From NCBI GenBank assembly GCA_028716045.1, contig JAQUQO010000001.1, forward strand, positions 256,942-320,941: a stretch of 64,000 nucleotides of DNA. Direction: 5' to 3'. This DNA comes from Patescibacteria group bacterium. Lineage in GTDB: Bacteria; Patescibacteriota; Patescibacteriia; JAQUQO01. Both the position numbers and the translations under genes were made by a program. The number at the start of each line of letters is the position of its first letter. The first letter of the stretch is position 1. A model generated the notes under the pieces. The model saw only the letters and a list, made by a program, of their open reading frames with translations. It did no database searches and was not told the origin of the DNA. This document shows positions 59,335-64,000 of the stretch, in pieces.

Positions 59335-60639
59335 CTAAAAGGACGCAAGTTCGGCAGATGAAGGGGGCGCGGGTTTAAATTTCTTGTTTCTCTCCTCAAA
59401 TCGTTGCTTGATGTAACTGAATATTTGTTCTTGCACCTTTTTTTTATTCCAGTTTATACCAAACAATTCTTTGGGAAAAAGCTGGGAGAAGAGACCATTT
59501 TTAGCAGCATACCACCGCGCATGATAGAGAGTGTGATTTTCCGGGGCAATAGAATTGCAAATGTTGTAGAGATGTTCTACGGGCAGATGTTGAATCTCGC
59601 GGTATTTACCGTCAATAAAGGCAAATTGGCTTTCAATTATCAAATTTTTAGCAGAAAACTTGTTTAAGCTGGGGACGTTTTTAACTCCTTCGGTAATTTC
59701 CCATAGTTTTTTTTGGACAAATTCCTCACCTCTTTTCATATCTTCCAGGGAAAAGTAAGCAAGGCGTATGCCGTAACGATCTGGGAGAAATTCGGGGTTT
59801 AGTTCTTTGTTTCGCAACATCCTGCCTATAGTTGACATATAACCTTTTTTTCTGCTGGCCAACAATGCCTTAACCTTTTTCTCAGATGAATCATCTATGT
59901 TTAGGGTGACTATCTCAACGTCTTCTGCTTCGTAGCACATATTTGCTGGGATATTCTTGCCATTTAGAAAATCTTCAGAAGAAATCATGGAAACGCATTT
60001 CCATTGATTTAGCGGGTCATAGAAAATAAACCACTTCTCTTTTTTGATATTAGAAAAAATCCCCTTACTCACTAAATAAGTTTTAATAGCTTCTTCCTGC
60101 TCTTCATCTTGTTTTTGCCATTCTCGAAGCGGTGTTTTCCAGTCCTTGTATTTAGCGCCTATAAGGAAGTATTTTCTGACTAATTCTATGGTCCGTAAAA
60201 TTTCAAATTCTTCCCTTGAAAATATTTCCTTATTCTCATTGGCAAGTTCTATTTCTTTCCACTGCTTAAAGAGTTCCAGCATTCCAATAATAACCGTTGA
60301 CCCCAGAAGCGGTTTTAGAGAATCTTGTATAGAGGGTGGTAGATATTCAGTCATCAATTCAGAAACGTCTTTTTTAACCTTACTTAGCACATACCCTATA
60401 CCCAGAATAAATTCGTTTAGTTCGGCTGTTTCGCCTGACGAAGAAATACCTTCCCTTAAAATGTCAGCTAGTCGTTGATTGGGGGCGGTTCCCGTATCCA
60501 CACTCCCGTCGCTTTTTTTGCCGGTAGAAATATAATCTTTATTTCTACGCCATTTTTCCAGTTTTTGAACAAAAATATTGTCTTTTTTGAGATTCTGCAG
60601 CGCTTTGGCACTGCAGAATGCTTTCTTCTGCTGTGCCAT
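59335..60639 (-). CDS. divergent RelA/SpoT-synthetase-like nucleotidyltransferase
   Basis: SRKKGYMSTIGRMLR, DRYGIRL and REIQH resemble synthetase motifs. SD and boxA leader. Confidence 0.55.
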   Translation of the reverse strand: MAQQKKAFCSAKALQNLKKDNIFVQKLEKWRRNKDYISTGKKSDGSVDTGTAPNQRLADILREGISSSGETAELNEFILGIGYVLSKVKKDVSELMTEYLPPSIQDSLKPLLGSTVIIGMLELFKQWKEIELANENKEIFSREEFEILRTIELVRKYFLIGAKYKDWKTPLREWQKQDEEQEEAIKTYLVSKGIFSNIKKEKWFIFYDPLNQWKCVSMISSEDFLNGKNIPANMCYEAEDVEIVTLNIDDSSEKKVKALLASRKKGYMSTIGRMLRNKELNPEFLPDRYGIRLAYFSLEDMKRGEEFVQKKLWEITEGVKNVPSLNKFSAKNLIIESQFAFIDGKYREIQHLPVEHLYNICNSIAPENHTLYHARWYAAKNGLFSQLFPKELFGINWNKKKVQEQIFSYIKQRFEERNKKFKPAPPSSAELASF

Positions 60640-60804
60640 GTTTTTACTCCTTAAGTTGTTAAAGACCTTTATATTAAACCCTTTTGGGTATATTGTATAT
60701 TAAATAAATACTACCGTTTTGTCAAGAAGTTTATTTATTTTTTTAGCCTTGCGATATTAACGTTTTTTTTATATAATAAAAAGGCAATTAATAAAATCAA
60801 AATT

Positions 60805-62253
60805 ATGGCTAAGGCAACAAAAAATATATTTATAATTACGGTGATTTTTAGCATGTTCTTCCTGCCCTTATCCCCTATTCTTGCCGTTACCTTTAACCCC
60901 GATTATATTTTATCCGATTATGAGTTTACTGACAAAGATGCTTATAGCGGGCCGCAGGCGATTGAGTTTTTCATCAAATCCAAAGGCGGAGCAGTGGCTG
61001 ATTACAAAATGCTTGTTGATGGCCAGTTAAAAACCACCTCGGAGTTGATTTATGAGTCCGCGCAGGTAAATAACATTAGTCCTAAATTTTTATTAACTTT
61101 ACTTCAGAAAGAATCAGGTTTAGTCACCGCTTCTACATTCACGAGTGATGATTTAGATTGGGCCATGGGAGCGGGCATTTGTGATAGTTGCTCCAAAGAC
61201 GACCCGGAAATTATTTTAAAATATAAAGGTTTTGATAAACAGATACGTTGGGCGGCGGAGCTTAATCGTTGGTATTTAGATGAAATCGCTAAAAACGGAA
61301 AAACTTTTACCGGTTGGGGTCCGGGGGTGACTAAAAAAACTTTAGATGGGATAAAGGTTGTCCCTGCCAATTCCGCCACCGCCGCTCTTTATACCTATAA
61401 CCCTTGGGTTGGAAAGTATGGCGGCGGGACTTCAAAATATGGAGCCAATTCCCTTCTCTGGAAAAGATGGACCGAATGGTTTACTAAATTTTATCCCGAC
61501 GGCTCATTACTAAAAGATAAAGAGGAAGCCGGAGTTTGGCTGATACAAAATGGCTTAAGGCGGCCTTTTTTCTCAAAGTCCGCCCTGCTTTCTCGCTATA
61601 GTTTAGAGAAAGTGATTGAAGTCGCCAAAAATGATTTACTAAAATACGAAATCGGCAAACCAATAAAATTTTCTAATTATTCTCTTTTGCGTTCTCCCCG
61701 CGGAACGGTTTATTTGTTGGTTGACGATATTTTACGCGGCATTGCCTCGCGCGAGGCGTTTAGGGCAATCGGTTTTAACTCCGAAGAAATTATTGACGTA
61801 GAACAGGAAGAATTGGCGCAATACATCGAAGGTGCGCCCATAACCGCAGAAAGCGTCTACCCCACAGGGGCTTTATTACAAAATAAAAAAACCGGAGGAG
61901 TTTATTATGTGGAAAACGGGGTTAAGCATCCTATTTGGGCCAAAGAAATTTTAAAAAGTAATTTTAAAAACAAAAAAATTGTCGCCGTCTCGGCTGAAGA
62001 GTTAGGAAAATACCCCGATAGCGAACCTCTGAAATTTAAAGAAGGAGAGCTAGTGAAATCCGCCGTTTCCCCGTCGGTTTATGTTATTTCTAATGGTTTG
62101 AAACGTCCCATTCCTTCAGCTGAAATTTTTGAAGGGCTTGGGTATAAATGGGGGCAGGTAATAATTACGAATGAGAAAGCCTTGGAAGCGCATTCTTTTG
62201 GCGAACCAGTACGTTTGACTTCCGGAGAAGTTGAAATAGCCATTAATAAATAA
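60805..62253 (+). CDS. secreted protein with a possible lysozyme-like N-terminal domain and C-terminal repeats
   Basis: Signal peptide, LLTLLQKES, ALYTYNP and four approx. 60-aa G.L.K...VY.I.NG.K.P repeats. Confidence 0.75.
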   Translation: MAKATKNIFIITVIFSMFFLPLSPILAVTFNPDYILSDYEFTDKDAYSGPQAIEFFIKSKGGAVADYKMLVDGQLKTTSELIYESAQVNNISPKFLLTLLQKESGLVTASTFTSDDLDWAMGAGICDSCSKDDPEIILKYKGFDKQIRWAAELNRWYLDEIAKNGKTFTGWGPGVTKKTLDGIKVVPANSATAALYTYNPWVGKYGGGTSKYGANSLLWKRWTEWFTKFYPDGSLLKDKEEAGVWLIQNGLRRPFFSKSALLSRYSLEKVIEVAKNDLLKYEIGKPIKFSNYSLLRSPRGTVYLLVDDILRGIASREAFRAIGFNSEEIIDVEQEELAQYIEGAPITAESVYPTGALLQNKKTGGVYYVENGVKHPIWAKEILKSNFKNKKIVAVSAEELGKYPDSEPLKFKEGELVKSAVSPSVYVISNGLKRPIPSAEIFEGLGYKWGQVIITNEKALEAHSFGEPVRLTSGEVEIAINK

Positions 62254-62257
62254 CCCT

Positions 62258-63043
62258 ATGTTGGTATTTGCCGCTTTTACTCCCCATACTCCCCTTTTGA
62301 TTCCTAATATCGGCAAGGAGAATTTAGCTCATTTAGGAAAGACAATTAAGGCGATGGAGAGTTTGAATAAAGAATTGATTGAGGCCAAGCCAGAAACGAT
62401 TATTGTTTTTTCCGGACACCATTCGTTTCTTTCGGACCATTTTATAATTAATTTAAACACTAAGTATCGCGGAGATTTTCAAGAATTCAGTGATTTGACC
62501 ACAGCAGTTTGCTTTAATGGTGACGTTGTTTTAATTAATGAAGTAAGGGATAAAATCGAAGACGAGGTTCCCTTGGTGCTTAAAACAGAAAATAATTTGG
62601 AATACGGGACTATTGCCCCGCTTTTTTATCTAACAAAAAATTTACCCGGGATAAAAGTAGTTCCATTTTCTTATTCCTTAGCCGACAAAGAAACGCATTT
62701 CAAGCTGGGGAAATTATTAAAAGAGGTTATTTGGGAAAGTGAAAAACGCATTGCGGTGATAGCGGCGGGCGATTTATCTCATACTTTGACCAAGAATTCG
62801 CCGGGCAGTTATTCTAAAAAAGGCTCTCTCTATGACCAGTTACTTATAGATTTTTTGAAAAGCAAAGACATAAAAGGGCTTTTAGATATTGATAACGAAA
62901 TTATTGAAGAAGCGAAAGAATGTTCCTTTCGTTCATTATTAATGCTTCTCGGGATTATTCACGAGATGAACTATGAAGTTAATATTATTTCTTACGAACA
63001 TCCGTTTGGCGTAGGATATTTAACGGTAAAATTTAAAATCTAA
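62258..63043 (+). CDS. LigB/MEMO-like (AmmeMemoRadiSam protein B-type) protein
   Basis: PH.PLLIP.IG, AAGDLSH, EC..RS and YE.PFGVGY. Confidence 0.85.
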   Translation: MLVFAAFTPHTPLLIPNIGKENLAHLGKTIKAMESLNKELIEAKPETIIVFSGHHSFLSDHFIINLNTKYRGDFQEFSDLTTAVCFNGDVVLINEVRDKIEDEVPLVLKTENNLEYGTIAPLFYLTKNLPGIKVVPFSYSLADKETHFKLGKLLKEVIWESEKRIAVIAAGDLSHTLTKNSPGSYSKKGSLYDQLLIDFLKSKDIKGLLDIDNEIIEEAKECSFRSLLMLLGIIHEMNYEVNIISYEHPFGVGYLTVKFKI

Positions 63044-64000
63044 TGAGAATATTATTTATAGGTCCAAAAGCTATCCCCTTGGCCGGGATAAGCGGGGGCG
63101 TAGAAAAACACATTGAAGAATTGGGCGCTCGTTTGGCGGAGAGGGGGCATGAAGTTATCGCTTATGTGCGCCCTCGTTTTTATGTTAAAAAAATCAGTGA
63201 ATATCGCGGCATAAAGTTGGTTTATATTCCATCTATATCCACAAAAAATTTAGATACGATTACTTACAGTTTTTTGGCCACCATTCGGGCTTTATTTCAA
63301 AAAGCGGACGTAATTCATTACCACGGCGTGGGGCCGTCCACGCTGGCGTTTATCCCGCGTATTTTTAAACCAAAGACAAAAGTGATTATTACTTTCCATA
63401 GTCAGGATAAATTCCACAAGAAATGGGGCTGGTTTGCCCGTCTGTATCTTTCCTGGGGAGAATTTACCGCTTGCGCTTTTCCCCACCAAACCATTGCCGT
63501 TTCTCATGTCATACAGAAATATTGCCAGAAAAAATTTAAAAAATATCCCGTTTATATTCCTAATGGAGTAATTCCCCAGCCGCCGCCGAATAGTGACAAA
63601 ATAAAAAAATGGGGGTTAGAAAAAGATAGTTATATTTTGACGGTGGCTCGTTTGATAGAGCACAAGGGAATTCATCATCTTTTGAAAGCTTATAATGAAT
63701 TAAATGTTGATAAAAAATTGGTTATAGTCGGCGCGGCAAGCTATACCGACGATTATTTTAAATATCTGCGGGAGCTCGCCGAAAATAACAGTAATATTAT
63801 TTTTACCGGTTTTCAAAGCGGAGAAGATTTAGCACAGCTATTTGGTAATGCCTATATTTATGTTCATCCGTCAGAATTTGAAGGATTATCCCTTACTATT
63901 TTAGAGGCAATGAGTTACGGACGCTGTGTTTTAATGAGTGACATTCCGGAAAATTTGGAACTGATTGACCACAGTGGAGTGAGCTTTAAAAATAAAGACG
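63043..64000 (+). CDS. GT4-family glycosyltransferase (3' end outside window)
   Basis: MRILFIG..GGVEKHIEEL, IPNGV, ARL...KG and PSEFEGL.LTILEAMSYG. Confidence 0.93.
   Translation, partial: MRILFIGPKAIPLAGISGGVEKHIEELGARLAERGHEVIAYVRPRFYVKKISEYRGIKLVYIPSISTKNLDTITYSFLATIRALFQKADVIHYHGVGPSTLAFIPRIFKPKTKVIITFHSQDKFHKKWGWFARLYLSWGEFTACAFPHQTIAVSHVIQKYCQKKFKKYPVYIPNGVIPQPPPNSDKIKKWGLEKDSYILTVARLIEHKGIHHLLKAYNELNVDKKLVIVGAASYTDDYFKYLRELAENNSNIIFTGFQSGEDLAQLFGNAYIYVHPSEFEGLSLTILEAMSYGRCVLMSDIPENLELIDHSGVSFKNKD

Overview
This is a chromosomal window from a small-genome bacterium, most likely Patescibacteria/CPR (Parcubacteria-like). That assignment is an inference from gene content, such as a UvrD-nuclease fusion and a C-terminally shortened RelA/SpoT, and from SD-less core genes. 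The + strand carries mainly core genes: a class II RNR locus with cobO, Rrf2-iscS-nifU, rsmI, metG, tatD, rmuC, a complete F0F1 ATP synthase operon, uvrD, proS, mreBCD-mrdA, greA, lysS, serS, alr and clpB (with a CIRCE site). gltX, prs and relA lie on the - strand. I found no tRNA, rRNA, CRISPR array, transposase or integrase. Four observations stand out. (1) The NrdR-regulated B12-dependent ribonucleotide reductase locus has THREE apparently intact catalytic barrels, one stand-alone and two fused. Each has different specificity and substrate-binding loops, and all share one C-terminal redox module. (2) About a dozen scattered single-gene accessory cassettes share a layout of sigma70 promoter, boxA-like element, strong Shine-Dalgarno, orphan ORF and terminator, whereas core genes lack SD sequences. 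(3) Several stand-alone structured ncRNA candidates have their own promoter and terminator, including one built of tandem pseudoknots. (4) Tiny hairpin elements appear to insert at -35 boxes with a CTTGAC duplication.
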